Of a DNA stretch of 64,000 nt, positions 37,119 to 46,255 are shown one piece after another. The stretch comes from Salinivirgaceae bacterium (GTDB lineage: Bacteria; Bacteroidota; Bacteroidia; Bacteroidales; SZUA-534). The DNA lies in the NCBI GenBank assembly GCA_017551905.1, contig JAFZKK010000146.1, positions 7,343 to 71,342 on the forward strand, written 5' to 3'. The notes beneath the pieces were generated by a model. The model searched no databases. It saw nothing but the letters and a program-made list of their open reading frames with translations, and had not been told where the DNA came from. The translations under genes and the position numbers were made by a program. The number at the start of each line of letters is the position of its first letter. Within the stretch, counting starts at the first letter, position 1.

Positions 37119-37484
37119 ATGATACAATCCGAAACTAGATTAAGCGTAGCCGACAACAGCGGTGCAAAAACTGTTCTTTGTATCAATGTGTTGGGCGGTT
37201 CAAAAAAGCGTTACGCTTCAATAGGTGATACTATCGTAGTAGCCGTGAAGACAGCTCTTCCTAGCGGAGATGTAAAAAAAGGCGCTGTGAGCAAAGCCGT
37301 GGTTGTACGCACAACCAAGGAGATACGTCGCAGCGATGGCTCTTACATTCGCTTTGATGACAACGCATGTGTGTTACTTAATAATGCAGGTGAAATTAGA
37401 GGAACCCGTATTTTCGGCCCCGTAGCCCGCGAGCTGCGTGACAATTACATGAAGATTGTTTCTCTTGCACCAGAAGTATTGTAA
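37119..37484 (+). CDS. rplN: 50S ribosomal protein L14 (uL14)
   Basis: 121 aa. [14 protein letters not shown]. Confidence 0.98.
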   Translation: MIQSETRLSVADNSGAKTVLCINVLGGSKKRYASIGDTIVVAVKTALPSGDVKKGAVSKAVVVRTTKEIRRSDGSYIRFDDNACVLLNNAGEIRGTRIFGPVARELRDNYMKIVSLAPEVL

Positions 37485-37500
37485 TTAAAAGATAACAAAA

Positions 37501-37824
37501 ATGGCAACAAAATTGCATATCAAAAAAGGAGATACCGTTGTTGTTATCGCTGGTGAGTCTAAAGGACAGCGAGGCAAAGTCCTTAGCGTGCAAGTAGAGA
37601 AACAACGCGCTATCGTTGAAGGTGTCAACTTGGTGTCGAAACACACCAAGCCGAACGCTAAGAATACCCAAGGCGGTATTGTTAAACAGGAAGCTCCCAT
37701 TCATATTTCGAATCTGATGCTGATTGAGCCCGCAACAGGCAATCCGACCCGCATCGGAAGAAGAAAGGGTGAAGAAGGCAAATTAGTAAGATATTCTAAA
37801 AAATCAGGGGAGGAAATCAAATAA
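37501..37824 (+). CDS. rplX: 50S ribosomal protein L24 (uL24)
   Basis: 107 aa. A KOW motif ([19 protein letters not shown]) plus operon position. Confidence 0.96.
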   Translation: MATKLHIKKGDTVVVIAGESKGQRGKVLSVQVEKQRAIVEGVNLVSKHTKPNAKNTQGGIVKQEAPIHISNLMLIEPATGNPTRIGRRKGEEGKLVRYSKKSGEEIK

Positions 37825-38381
37825 TGGAATACGTACCAGAATTACGCAAGAAGTATAAAGAAGTTATTATTCCTGCTTTGACAAAGGAATTTAACTACAA
37901 AACCCCCATGCAGGTTCCAAAACTCGAGAAGATTGTCATCAATCGCGGTGTTGGAAAGGCTATTGCGGACAAGAAAATTATTGACACTGCCGCAGAAGAA
38001 GTGGCAGCCATAACCGGACAGAAGCCGCTTAAGACTTTGTCGCGCATGGATATCTCGAACTTCAAGTTGAGAAAGAAAATGCCGATTGGTGTTAAGGTGA
38101 CTTTGAGAAAAGACCGCATGTACGAGTTTTTAGAGCGCCTGATTGTGGTGGCATTACCTCGCATCCGCGATTTCAAGGGTGTCAACAGCAAACTTGACGG
38201 CAGAGGCAATTATACACTCGGTGTTACAGAGCAAATCATCTTCCCGGAGATTGACATCGACAAAATTACGACTATGCTGGGTATGGATATCACATTTGTG
38301 ACCACAGCAAAAACCGATGAGGAAGGATACGCTCTCTTAAGAGAATTCGGAATACCATTTAAAAATCTTAAAAAGAATTAA
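37824..38381 (+). CDS. rplE: 50S ribosomal protein L5 (uL5)
   Basis: 185 aa. ...[15 protein letters not shown]... The start overlaps the rplX stop. Confidence 0.97.
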   Translation: MEYVPELRKKYKEVIIPALTKEFNYKTPMQVPKLEKIVINRGVGKAIADKKIIDTAAEEVAAITGQKPLKTLSRMDISNFKLRKKMPIGVKVTLRKDRMYEFLERLIVVALPRIRDFKGVNSKLDGRGNYTLGVTEQIIFPEIDIDKITTMLGMDITFVTTAKTDEEGYALLREFGIPFKNLKKN

Positions 38382-38384
38382 TCA

Positions 38385-38654
38385 ATGGCAAAAGAATCAA
38401 TGAAAGCCCGCGAGGTTAAAAGGGCTAAATTAGTTCAGAAATATGCTGCGAAGCGCGAGAAACTTATCGCAGAAGGTGATTATATCGCTCTTCAGAAGTT
38501 GCCGAAAAACGCTTCGCCGGTTCGTATGCATAACAGATGCTCTCTCACCGGACGTCCAAAAGGCTATATCCGTCAGTTCGGCATCAGCCGTATCCAATTC
38601 CGTGAGATGGCACTTAAAGGATTAATTCCGGGTGTTAAAAAAGCAAGTTGGTAA
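38385..38654 (+). CDS. rpsN: 30S ribosomal protein S14 (uS14), long Cys-less form
   Basis: 89 aa. ...[32 protein letters not shown]. No CxxC pairs. Confidence 0.96.
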   Translation: MAKESMKAREVKRAKLVQKYAAKREKLIAEGDYIALQKLPKNASPVRMHNRCSLTGRPKGYIRQFGISRIQFREMALKGLIPGVKKASW

Positions 38655-38672
38655 CCTTAAAGATTTAGAAAA

Positions 38673-39068
38673 ATGACAGATCCAATAGCAGATTTCCTTA
38701 CACGTATAAGGAATGCTCAAATGGCTAGAAGCAGAGTCGTAGAGATACCTTCGTCAAACATTAAGAAAGGTATAACCAAAATCCTTTTCGATAACGGTTA
38801 CATCCTGAACTACAAGTTCGACGACGAGAAAGACAAAGGCGTCATCAAAATCGCCTTGAAATACAACCTGCAGACAAAAGAGCCGGTTATCAAAAAGTTG
38901 GAAAGAGCAAGCCGTCCGGGTTTGAGAAAATACACCGATGTTGAGAACATGCCGCGCGTCTTGAATGGACTCGGAATAGCAATCTTATCGACATCGCAGG
39001 GTATTCTTTCGGACAAAGAGGCCAAAGCCAAGAATGTAGGCGGCGAAGTATTGTGTTACATTTATTAA
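38673..39068 (+). CDS. rpsH: 30S ribosomal protein S8 (uS8)
   Basis: 131 aa. [14 protein letters not shown].... Confidence 0.97.
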   Translation: MTDPIADFLTRIRNAQMARSRVVEIPSSNIKKGITKILFDNGYILNYKFDDEKDKGVIKIALKYNLQTKEPVIKKLERASRPGLRKYTDVENMPRVLNGLGIAILSTSQGILSDKEAKAKNVGGEVLCYIY

Positions 39069-39080
39069 TAGAATCATAAC

Positions 39081-39635
39081 ATGTCACGTATTGGAAAATT
39101 ACCTGTAGCTATACCCGCTGGCGTAACAGTCACAGTTGACAGCGACAACGTGGTAGTAGTAAAAGGGCCCAAAGGAACATTGACACAAAAAGTCAATCCT
39201 GACATCAAAGTTGTTGTTGAGCCGACAGTTGTGAAACTGGAGCGTCCTGACGACGAGATAGCTCACAAATCAATGCACGGCTTGTACCGCGCTTTGATTC
39301 ACAACATGGTTGTAGGAGTTTCTGAAGGGTTCAAGTTAGAGATGGAGTTTGTTGGTGTCGGTTATCGCGCCGAGTCTAACGGACAGATGCTTGAGATGAG
39401 CCTTGGTTTCTCTCATAGCATAATGTTTGAGTTGCCGCCTGAAATCAAAGTGGAGGCAAAAACTGATAAACGCAGCAATCCGATGCTGAAACTTGAGAGT
39501 TGCGACAAGCAGCTTATAGGTCAAGTGGCAGCCAAGATACGCTCATTCCGTATGCCAGAACCTTACAAGGGCAAGGGTATCAAGTTTATCGGTGAACAGA
39601 TTCGCAGAAAAGCAGGCAAGTCTGCTGGTAAGTAA
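39081..39635 (+). CDS. rplF: 50S ribosomal protein L6 (uL6)
   Basis: 184 aa. SRIGK.PV..P.GV.V......V.VKGPKG.L. Confidence 0.97.
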   Translation: MSRIGKLPVAIPAGVTVTVDSDNVVVVKGPKGTLTQKVNPDIKVVVEPTVVKLERPDDEIAHKSMHGLYRALIHNMVVGVSEGFKLEMEFVGVGYRAESNGQMLEMSLGFSHSIMFELPPEIKVEAKTDKRSNPMLKLESCDKQLIGQVAAKIRSFRMPEPYKGKGIKFIGEQIRRKAGKSAGK

Positions 39636-39653
39636 TTTTTAAACTGAAGAATT

Positions 39654-40010
39654 ATGGCATCGTTTAAATTAGAAAGACGCAATAAAATCAAGGCTAGCAT
39701 TCGCACAAGAGTGTCTGGCACAGCAGAAAAACCTCGCATGAGTGTGTTCCGCAGCAACAAGCAGATATCTGTTCAGCTTATCGATGATGTTAAGGGTGTT
39801 ACCCTTGCATCGGCTACCTCAATGGTTAAAGGCATTGCCGACGCAAAGGAGACTAAGACACAGAAAGCAGAGAAGGTTGGCGAGCAAATTGCTAAAGTAG
39901 CCTTGGAGAAGGGAATCAGCCAAGTCGTATTTGACAGAAATGGCTTTTTGTATCATGGCAGAATTAAAGCCTTGGCTGAAGCTGCCCGTAAAGGTGGACT
40001 TAAATTTTAG
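39654..40010 (+). CDS. rplR: 50S ribosomal protein L18 (uL18)
   Basis: 118 aa. ...PR..VFRSNK.I..Q.IDD...FDR.G..YHGR.KALA..ARE.GL.F. Confidence 0.96.
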   Translation: MASFKLERRNKIKASIRTRVSGTAEKPRMSVFRSNKQISVQLIDDVKGVTLASATSMVKGIADAKETKTQKAEKVGEQIAKVALEKGISQVVFDRNGFLYHGRIKALAEAARKGGLKF

Positions 40011-40016
40011 AAGATT

Positions 40017-40529
40017 ATGTCAAACGCAAGAAGAATAAAAACAACTGATCTTGAACTGAAAGATCGTTTGGTGGCAATTAACCGTGTTACCAAGGTAACC
40101 AAGGGTGGCCGCACCTTCACATTCTCGGCAATTGTAGTTGTCGGTAACGAAGACGGAGTTGTAGGTTACGGACTTGGCAAAGCCAATGAGGTGACAACGG
40201 CAATAAGCAAAGGCGTTGAGGATGCAAAGAAGAACCTTATCAAGGTTCCGGTTATCAACGGTACTCTTCCTCACGACCAATTGGCAGTTTATGGCGGCGC
40301 CAAAGTTTACATCTCGCCCGCATCGCACGGTACTGGTGTTAAGGCCGGTGGAGCCATGCGTGCAGTGCTTGAGAGTGTCGGCGTAAAAGACTGTCTTGCT
40401 AAGTCAAAAGGCTCGTCGAACCCGCACAACGTGGTTAAAGCCACAATGGAGGCTCTGTCTCAGATGAGAGACGCCAAAGAAGTAGCCTTTGAGCGTGGTA
40501 TATCAATGGAAAAAGTATTTAAAGGTTAA
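40017..40529 (+). CDS. rpsE: 30S ribosomal protein S5 (uS5)
   Basis: 170 aa. ...RV.KV.KGGR.F.F.A.VVVG...G.VG.G.GKA.EV. Confidence 0.97.
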   Translation: MSNARRIKTTDLELKDRLVAINRVTKVTKGGRTFTFSAIVVVGNEDGVVGYGLGKANEVTTAISKGVEDAKKNLIKVPVINGTLPHDQLAVYGGAKVYISPASHGTGVKAGGAMRAVLESVGVKDCLAKSKGSSNPHNVVKATMEALSQMRDAKEVAFERGISMEKVFKG

Positions 40530-40534
40530 TAGTC

Positions 40535-40717
40535 ATGGCTAAATATCGCATTAAACAAATCAAGAGCAAGATTGGCAGCAGCAAGCGTCAGGTTGCGACA
40601 TTGGAAGCTTTGGGTTTACGCAAACTCAATCAGGTAGTTGAGCATGATGCAAAACCCGAGATACTTGGAATGATAAATGCAGTTAAACATTTGGTTTCTT
40701 TTGAAGAAATTAAGTAA
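40535..40717 (+). CDS. rpmD: 50S ribosomal protein L30 (uL30)
   Basis: 60 aa. ...I.Q.KS.IG....Q..TL.ALGLRK. Confidence 0.93.
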   Translation: MAKYRIKQIKSKIGSSKRQVATLEALGLRKLNQVVEHDAKPEILGMINAVKHLVSFEEIK

Positions 40718-40729
40718 CAAGAAATTATT

Positions 40730-41176
40730 ATGGATTTAAGCAATTTAAAGCCGGCTGCCGGCTCAGTTAAATCTTCGAAAAGAATAGGTCGCGGTGCTGG
40801 TTCTGGTAAAGGTGGGACATCGACCCGTGGTCATAAGGGAGCTAAATCACGCTCAGGATACTCGAAGAAGGTAGGTTTCGAAGGTGGACAAATGCCAATG
40901 CAGAGACGTCTGCCGAAATTTGGTTTCAAGAACATCAACCGTCAGGAGTTCAAGGCTGTCAATGTCGGCGATTTGCAGAAATTGGCAGAGACTAAGAACA
41001 TCACAAAGATTGACTTTGATGTTTTGTTGGCCAACGGTTTGGTGTCTGCCAACGATAAAGTGAAGATATTGGGAAATGGCAAGCTGAGCCTCCAATTAGA
41101 GGTTGAGGCACATGCGTTCTCGAAATCCGCTATCGCTGCTATCGAAGGTCAGAATGGCAAAGTAATAACCTTGTAA
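40730..41176 (+). CDS. rplO: 50S ribosomal protein L15 (uL15)
   Basis: 148 aa. L..LKPA.GS....KR.GRG.GSG.G.T..RGHKG. Confidence 0.96.
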   Translation: MDLSNLKPAAGSVKSSKRIGRGAGSGKGGTSTRGHKGAKSRSGYSKKVGFEGGQMPMQRRLPKFGFKNINRQEFKAVNVGDLQKLAETKNITKIDFDVLLANGLVSANDKVKILGNGKLSLQLEVEAHAFSKSAIAAIEGQNGKVITL

Positions 41177-41187
41177 TTCCTATACTG

Positions 41188-42516
41188 ATGAAGAGATTTA
41201 TTGAAACCTTAAAGAATATTTGGAAAATTGACGATTTGCGTGATAGGATTGTGAACACATTGCTTCTTATCCTTGTGTATCGTCTGGGAACAATGGTGGT
41301 TCTGCCAGGAATCGACCCCACACAGCTTGCAGCTTTGAAGAATCAGACAGCAAGCGGCATATTGGGCCTTTTGGATATGTTCTCAGGAGGTGCGTTCTCA
41401 AACGCGTCAATATTTGCCTTGGGTATCATGCCTTACATCTCAGCCTCAATTGTTGTCCAATTGCTGGGAATGGCAGTTCCATATTTCCAGAGGTTGCAGC
41501 GTGAAGGAGAGAGCGGCCGCCGTAAGATTAACGAAATCACAAGAATTCTTACTGTCGGCATCTTGTTTTTGCAGGGTCCGGGTTATCTGGCCAATTTGCA
41601 TTCACAGTTGCCAGAGTCGGCCTTCATCATCAAAGGTGCATATTTCACGGTGTCTTCAATGTTCATACTTACAGCAGGAACAATGTTTGTAATGTGGCTT
41701 GGAGAGCGAATCACCGACAGAGGTCTGGGCAACGGAATCTCTTTGATAATCATGATAGGTATTATTGCACGCCTCCCGTCAGCTCTTTGGGTTGAGTTCA
41801 TCTCGCGTTTGAACGAGCAAGGCGGAGGTTTAGTGATGTTCTTGATTGAGATGATTGCACTGGGAGTTGTCATCCTGCTGACTATCCTGCTTGTACAAGG
41901 AACCCGCAAGATTCCATTGCTGCAGGCAAAACGGATTGTCGGAAACAAACAATACGGTGGCGTTAGGCAGTACATCCCGTTGAAAGTCAACGCAGCAGGT
42001 GTTATGCCTATAATCTTTGCCCAAGCATTGATGTTCCTGCCGATAGTCCTAATTGGATTCTCAAACGCAGAGTCGGCAACAGGCATTGCAGCCGCATTGT
42101 CGAACCCGACAGGTTTCTGGTACAATCTGACAGTAGGATTGCTCATCATTCTTTTCACATATTTCTATACAGCCATTATCATCAACCCGACACAAATGGC
42201 CGATGATATGAAGAAGAATGGAGGCTTTATACCAGGAGTGAAGCCTGGTCGCAAAACAGTTGAATACCTTGATGCTGTAATGTCACGCATCACATTGCCA
42301 GGGTCAATATTCCTAGCTTTAGTGGCAATAATGCCGGCCTTTGCCATGATAGCTGGAGTACAGAGCAGTTTCGCCTATTTCTATGGCGGCACATCTCTGC
42401 TGATTATGGTTGGTGTAGTGCTTGACACACTTCAGCAAATCGAAAGCCGCTTGTTGATGCGTCACTACGACGGATTGATGAAGAGCGGACGAATTAAAGG
42501 TCGTTCAAGCATTTAA
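41188..42516 (+). CDS. secY: preprotein translocase subunit SecY
   Basis: 442 aa, 10 TM helices, ...GIMPYISASI..QLL.... Confidence 0.97.
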   Translation: MKRFIETLKNIWKIDDLRDRIVNTLLLILVYRLGTMVVLPGIDPTQLAALKNQTASGILGLLDMFSGGAFSNASIFALGIMPYISASIVVQLLGMAVPYFQRLQREGESGRRKINEITRILTVGILFLQGPGYLANLHSQLPESAFIIKGAYFTVSSMFILTAGTMFVMWLGERITDRGLGNGISLIIMIGIIARLPSALWVEFISRLNEQGGGLVMFLIEMIALGVVILLTILLVQGTRKIPLLQAKRIVGNKQYGGVRQYIPLKVNAAGVMPIIFAQALMFLPIVLIGFSNAESATGIAAALSNPTGFWYNLTVGLLIILFTYFYTAIIINPTQMADDMKKNGGFIPGVKPGRKTVEYLDAVMSRITLPGSIFLALVAIMPAFAMIAGVQSSFAYFYGGTSLLIMVGVVLDTLQQIESRLLMRHYDGLMKSGRIKGRSSI

Positions 42517-42522
42517 AAACAG

Positions 42523-42620
42523 CGCTAACTGTGAATGCCGACGAGGTACGGATTGTGCGCACAATTTGTAAGGAGCCGGGATTCAGGAGACGTCCGAAAG
42601 GAATTGTCGGTCAGTTAGCG
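42523..42620 (+). other. predicted multi-stem RNA structure in the secY-infA spacer
   Basis: Closing helix cgctaactg (42523-31) / cagttagcg (42612-20), extended by gccgac (42537-42) / gtcggt (42606-11). Inner hairpins: tacggattgt-GCGC-acaatttgta (42447-70 should be read as 42547-70) and gga-GACG-tcc / tcc-GAAA-gga. Confidence 0.45.
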
Positions 42621-42674
42621 GAGAGGTAAACGCAGAGTCTGGAAAAGACATTTGAGTAACCAAAAAATTAATTT

Positions 42675-42893
42675 ATGGCCAAGCAGGCTTCTATCGAGCA
42701 AGATGGTACTATCATTGAGGCATTGTCGAATGCAATGTTCCGCGTCGAACTTGAGAACGGGCTGGTGATAACCGCCCACATCTCAGGCAAGATGAGGATG
42801 CACTACATAAAGATACTGCCGGGTGATAAAGTAAAAGTTGAGATGTCGCCTTACGATTTGACTAAGGGACGTATCGCATTCAGGTACAAATAA
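42675..42893 (+). CDS. infA: translation initiation factor IF-1
   Basis: 72 aa. S1-like ...[15 protein letters not shown]....AHISGKMR...I.ILPGD.V.VE.SPYDL.KGRI..R. Confidence 0.97.
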   Translation: MAKQASIEQDGTIIEALSNAMFRVELENGLVITAHISGKMRMHYIKILPGDKVKVEMSPYDLTKGRIAFRYK

Positions 42894-42906
42894 AAGGACT
42901 AAAAAG

Positions 42907-43023
42907 ATGAAAGTAAGAGCATCAATCAAAAAGCGCAGCGCAGATTGCAAAATCGTGCGCCGGAAAGGACGTTTGTATGTGATTAACAAAAAAAATCCGA
43001 AATTCAAACAACGTCAAGGATAA
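42907..43023 (+). CDS. rpmJ: 50S ribosomal protein L36 (bL36), Cys-poor form
   Basis: 38-codon ORF that the track misses (under 60 aa): [38 protein letters not shown]. Canonical L36 ends and conserved position. Confidence 0.93.
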   Translation: MKVRASIKKRSADCKIVRRKGRLYVINKKNPKFKQRQG

Positions 43024-43028
43024 TTTAA

Positions 43029-43036
43029 TAAATTTG
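43029..43036 (+). promoter_or_regulatory. possible internal -7 promoter box (TAaaTTTG) ahead of rpsM
   Basis: Exact TAnnTTTG match in the 38-nt rpmJ-rpsM spacer, 26 nt upstream of ATG 43062. Confidence 0.4.
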
Positions 43037-43061
43037 CAACTCAAAAATTTTTAATGTAATT

Positions 43062-43436
43062 ATGGCACGTCTTGTAGGTGTAGATTTACCAAAAAACAAA
43101 AGAGGAGAAATAGGCCTGACATACATTTTCGGTATCGGACGCAGCAGCGCAAGGACAATTCTTGACAAAGCTGAGATAAGCTACGACACCAAAGTGGGTG
43201 ACTGGACAGATGCTGAAATAGCATCGTTGCGCAAAATCCTTGCAGAATACAAACTCGAGGGTGAATTGCGTTCTGAGGTACAATTGAATATTAAGCGACT
43301 GATGGATGTTGGCTGTTACAGAGGTGTCCGCCACCGTTTGGGCTTGCCCGTTCGCGGTCAGAACACACGTAACAACGCACGTACCCGCAAGGGAAAGAAG
43401 AAAACTGTCGCTAACAAAAAGAAAGCCACTAAATAA
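43062..43436 (+). CDS. rpsM: 30S ribosomal protein S13 (uS13)
   Basis: 124 aa. MARL.GVDLP..KR....LTYI.GIG. Confidence 0.97.
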   Translation: MARLVGVDLPKNKRGEIGLTYIFGIGRSSARTILDKAEISYDTKVGDWTDAEIASLRKILAEYKLEGELRSEVQLNIKRLMDVGCYRGVRHRLGLPVRGQNTRNNARTRKGKKKTVANKKKATK

Positions 43437-43449
43437 TAGGTAATTAATT

Positions 43450-43839
43450 ATGGCACAGAAGTCAAAAACTACAAAGAAAAGAGTCGTTAAGGTTGAGTCA
43501 ACGGGCGAAGTGCACATACACTCTTCGTTCAACAATATCATTATTTCAATCACCAATAGCGATGGACAAGTGATATCGTGGTCGTCAGCAGGAAAGAACG
43601 GTTTCCGTGGTTCGAAGAAGAACACTCCGTATGCCGCTCAAGTAGCCGCCGAGGATTGCGCTAAAGTTGCTTTCGACGCAGGAATGCGCAAAGCAAAAGT
43701 ATATGTTAAAGGCCCGGGAACAGGCAGAGAGTCAGCTATTCGCACTATCCATAATCAGGGTATCGAAGTGACAGAGATTGTGGATGTTACTCCACTTCCT
43801 CACAATGGTTGCCGTCCTCCCAAAAGGCGTCGTGTTTAA
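43450..43839 (+). CDS. rpsK: 30S ribosomal protein S11 (uS11)
   Basis: 129 aa. ...G..HI..SFNN.I..ITD..G....W.SAG..GF.GS.K.TP.AA. Confidence 0.97.
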   Translation: MAQKSKTTKKRVVKVESTGEVHIHSSFNNIIISITNSDGQVISWSSAGKNGFRGSKKNTPYAAQVAAEDCAKVAFDAGMRKAKVYVKGPGTGRESAIRTIHNQGIEVTEIVDVTPLPHNGCRPPKRRRV

Positions 43840-43867
43840 TTAGTCTAATTGAATAAATAGAAAACAA

Positions 43868-44476
43868 ATGGCTAGATATATTGGACCAAAATCGAAAATC
43901 GCAAGAAAATTTGGTGAGCCTATCTATGGGCCAGATAAGTATTTGGACCGTAAGAATTTCCCTCCGGGTCAGCATGGTCTGAACAAGAAGAGAAACAAAT
44001 CGTCAGAGTATGGTACTCAGTTGGCTGAGAAGCAGAAAGTTAAATACACTTATGGTGTTTTGGAGCGTCAGTTTGCAAACTTGTTTGCACAAGCACAGCG
44101 CAGCAAAGGCATTACTGGTGTAGTTCTGTTGCAATTACTTGAGTCGAGATTGGACAATGTGGTTTATCGTCTGGGCATAGCTCCTACGAGAGCCGCAGCA
44201 CGTCAATTGGTTTTGCACAAGCATATTGTGGTTGACGGCGAGGTTGTCAACATCCCGTCATATCTGGTAAAGGCCGGTCAGCTTGTAGGTGTGCGCGAGA
44301 AATCAAAATCGCTTGAGGTTATTACCGATTCGTTAGCTGGCACAAACCACAGCAAATACCCTTGGATTGAGTGGGATAATGCCGCTATGGCAGGCAAGTT
44401 CCTGAACGTTCCGGAAAGAAGCGACATTCCAGAGCACATTGAAGAACAATTGATTGTTGAACTTTACTCTAAGTAA
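43868..44476 (+). CDS. rpsD: 30S ribosomal protein S4 (uS4)
   Basis: 202 aa. [11 protein letters not shown], with an S4 RNA-binding domain. Confidence 0.97.
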   Translation: MARYIGPKSKIARKFGEPIYGPDKYLDRKNFPPGQHGLNKKRNKSSEYGTQLAEKQKVKYTYGVLERQFANLFAQAQRSKGITGVVLLQLLESRLDNVVYRLGIAPTRAAARQLVLHKHIVVDGEVVNIPSYLVKAGQLVGVREKSKSLEVITDSLAGTNHSKYPWIEWDNAAMAGKFLNVPERSDIPEHIEEQLIVELYSK

Positions 44477-44484
44477 TATTTAAT

Positions 44485-45477
44485 ATGGCAATTTTAGCTT
44501 TTCAAAAGCCCGACAAAGTAATAATGCTGGAACAGAATGACCGTTTCGGTAAATTCGAGTTCCGCCCGCTTGAACCGGGTTACGGCCAGACAGTAGGTAA
44601 CGCTCTGCGTCGCATATTGCTGTCGTCACTCGAAGGTTTTGCTATCACCACTATCAAAATTGCTGGGGTAGACCATGAATTTTCGACAATTCCCGGTGTG
44701 AAAGAGGATGTTACCGAAATAGTTCTGAATCTCAAACAAGTAAGGTTCAAACAGCAGATTGAAGACATCGACAATGAGAAAGTGTCGATTTCAGTTTCCG
44801 ACCAGGAGACATTCACTGCAGGTGACATTGCCCGTTTCCTTAGCGGTTTTGAGGTCTTGAATCCTGAATTGGTTATTTGCCGTCTTGACCCTTCAGTCAA
44901 ACTGCAAATGGAACTGACAGTGAACAAAGGCCGCGGCTATGTTCCTTCAGAGGAGAATATGCCGGTTGACGCACCGTTCGGCGTTATTGCCATAGATTCA
45001 ATACATACTCCAATTGTTAATGTGAAGTATGCTGTTGAGAATTACCGTGTAGAACAAAAAACCGACTACGAAAAGTTGGTGTTGGAAATAAAAACAGATG
45101 GTTCAATCCTTCCGAAAGACGCATTGAACGAGGCCGCAAAAATCCTCATTCATCATTTCATGCTGTTCTCTGACGAAAAGATTACACTCGATTCGACTGA
45201 GAAATATCAGACAGAAGAGTTTGATGAGGAAATCCTTCACATGCGCCAATTGCTCAAGACAAAACTTATCGACATGGATTTGTCGGTTAGAGCGCTCAAC
45301 TGCCTGAAAGCAGCCGATGTTGAGACTTTGGGCGATTTGTGCACATATAACAAAAACGATTTGTTGAAGTTCAGAAACTTCGGTAAGAAATCGTTGACCG
45401 AGTTGGAGGATTTGTTGGATTCGATGAATCTTACTTTTGGAATGGATATGAGTAAGTATAAACTTGAGAAAGATTAA
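44485..45477 (+). CDS. rpoA: DNA-directed RNA polymerase subunit alpha
   Basis: 330 aa. N-terminal domain ([13 protein letters not shown]) and C-terminal domain ([11 protein letters not shown]...L.DL). Confidence 0.97.
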   Translation: MAILAFQKPDKVIMLEQNDRFGKFEFRPLEPGYGQTVGNALRRILLSSLEGFAITTIKIAGVDHEFSTIPGVKEDVTEIVLNLKQVRFKQQIEDIDNEKVSISVSDQETFTAGDIARFLSGFEVLNPELVICRLDPSVKLQMELTVNKGRGYVPSEENMPVDAPFGVIAIDSIHTPIVNVKYAVENYRVEQKTDYEKLVLEIKTDGSILPKDALNEAAKILIHHFMLFSDEKITLDSTEKYQTEEFDEEILHMRQLLKTKLIDMDLSVRALNCLKAADVETLGDLCTYNKNDLLKFRNFGKKSLTELEDLLDSMNLTFGMDMSKYKLEKD

Positions 45478-45482
45478 TAGCG

Positions 45483-46004
45483 ATGAGACACAATAAAGGT
45501 TTTAATCACTTAGGAAGACAAGCAGGGCACAGAGATGCAATGCTTTCCAATATGGCTTCTTCATTAATACTGCACAAACGCATCTCCACAACTGTGGCAA
45601 AAGCAAAAGCGCTTAAAATGTATGTGGAGCCATTGATTACAAAATCAAAAATCGACTCTACACACTCTCGCCGGGTGGTGTTCAGTTATCTTCAGAACAA
45701 AGACAGCGTGGCTGAGCTTTTCCGCGATGTAGCTGTAAAAGTAGCTAATCGTCCGGGCGGTTACACACGCATTCTTAAAACTGGCACCCGTGTTGGTGAC
45801 AGCGCTGAGATGTGCATCATAGAGTTGGTTGATTATAATGCAAATTATAGTCAAAGTGCAGGTGAGACAACTAAGAAATCGACTACACGCCGTCGTCGTT
45901 CTTCGGCTAAAAAAGCTGACGCAGCCGTTGTCGCTGACGCAGTTGAGGTTAAAGAAGAGCCGGCAGCAGAGTCTGAAGCTTCGCAAGAAGAAAAAGCTGA
46001 ATAG
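45483..46004 (+). CDS. rplQ: 50S ribosomal protein L17 (bL17)
   Basis: 173 aa. MRH.K....LGR...HR.AML.N.A..L, followed by an acidic/Ala-rich C-terminal tail. Confidence 0.96.
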   Translation: MRHNKGFNHLGRQAGHRDAMLSNMASSLILHKRISTTVAKAKALKMYVEPLITKSKIDSTHSRRVVFSYLQNKDSVAELFRDVAVKVANRPGGYTRILKTGTRVGDSAEMCIIELVDYNANYSQSAGETTKKSTTRRRRSSAKKADAAVVADAVEVKEEPAAESEASQEEKAE

Positions 46005-46024
46005 TTTATCACAATTTTATAAAA

Positions 46025-46058
46025 ACAAGGTCGCGCGAGCGGCCTTGTTTTGTTTTTG
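46025..46058 (+). terminator. rho-independent terminator of the ribosomal super-operon
   Basis: acaaggtcgc-GCGA-gcggccttgt (10-bp stem, one G-U, GNRA loop) followed by TTTGTTTTTG. Confidence 0.8.
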
Positions 46059-46100
46059 TCCATTTGTGAAAGTGGATAAAATTCAATAAGATACATTTTT

Positions 46101-46132
46101 ATGACACCAGGTAGTGTGGTGTCATTTTTTTT
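46101..46132 (+). terminator. second tandem rho-independent terminator
   Basis: atgacacca-ggtagtg-tggtgtcat (perfect 9-bp stem) followed by T8. Confidence 0.7.
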
Positions 46133-46255
46133 CTCTACCTTTTACCCGAATTTTTAATGGGGTGGGTGAGATAAATAATTATTATCGGATAACAAGCTGG
46201 TATTCAGTGTTATATAATAAAGTGTTCACTTTCTTGTAAAGAACAAAAAATCATT

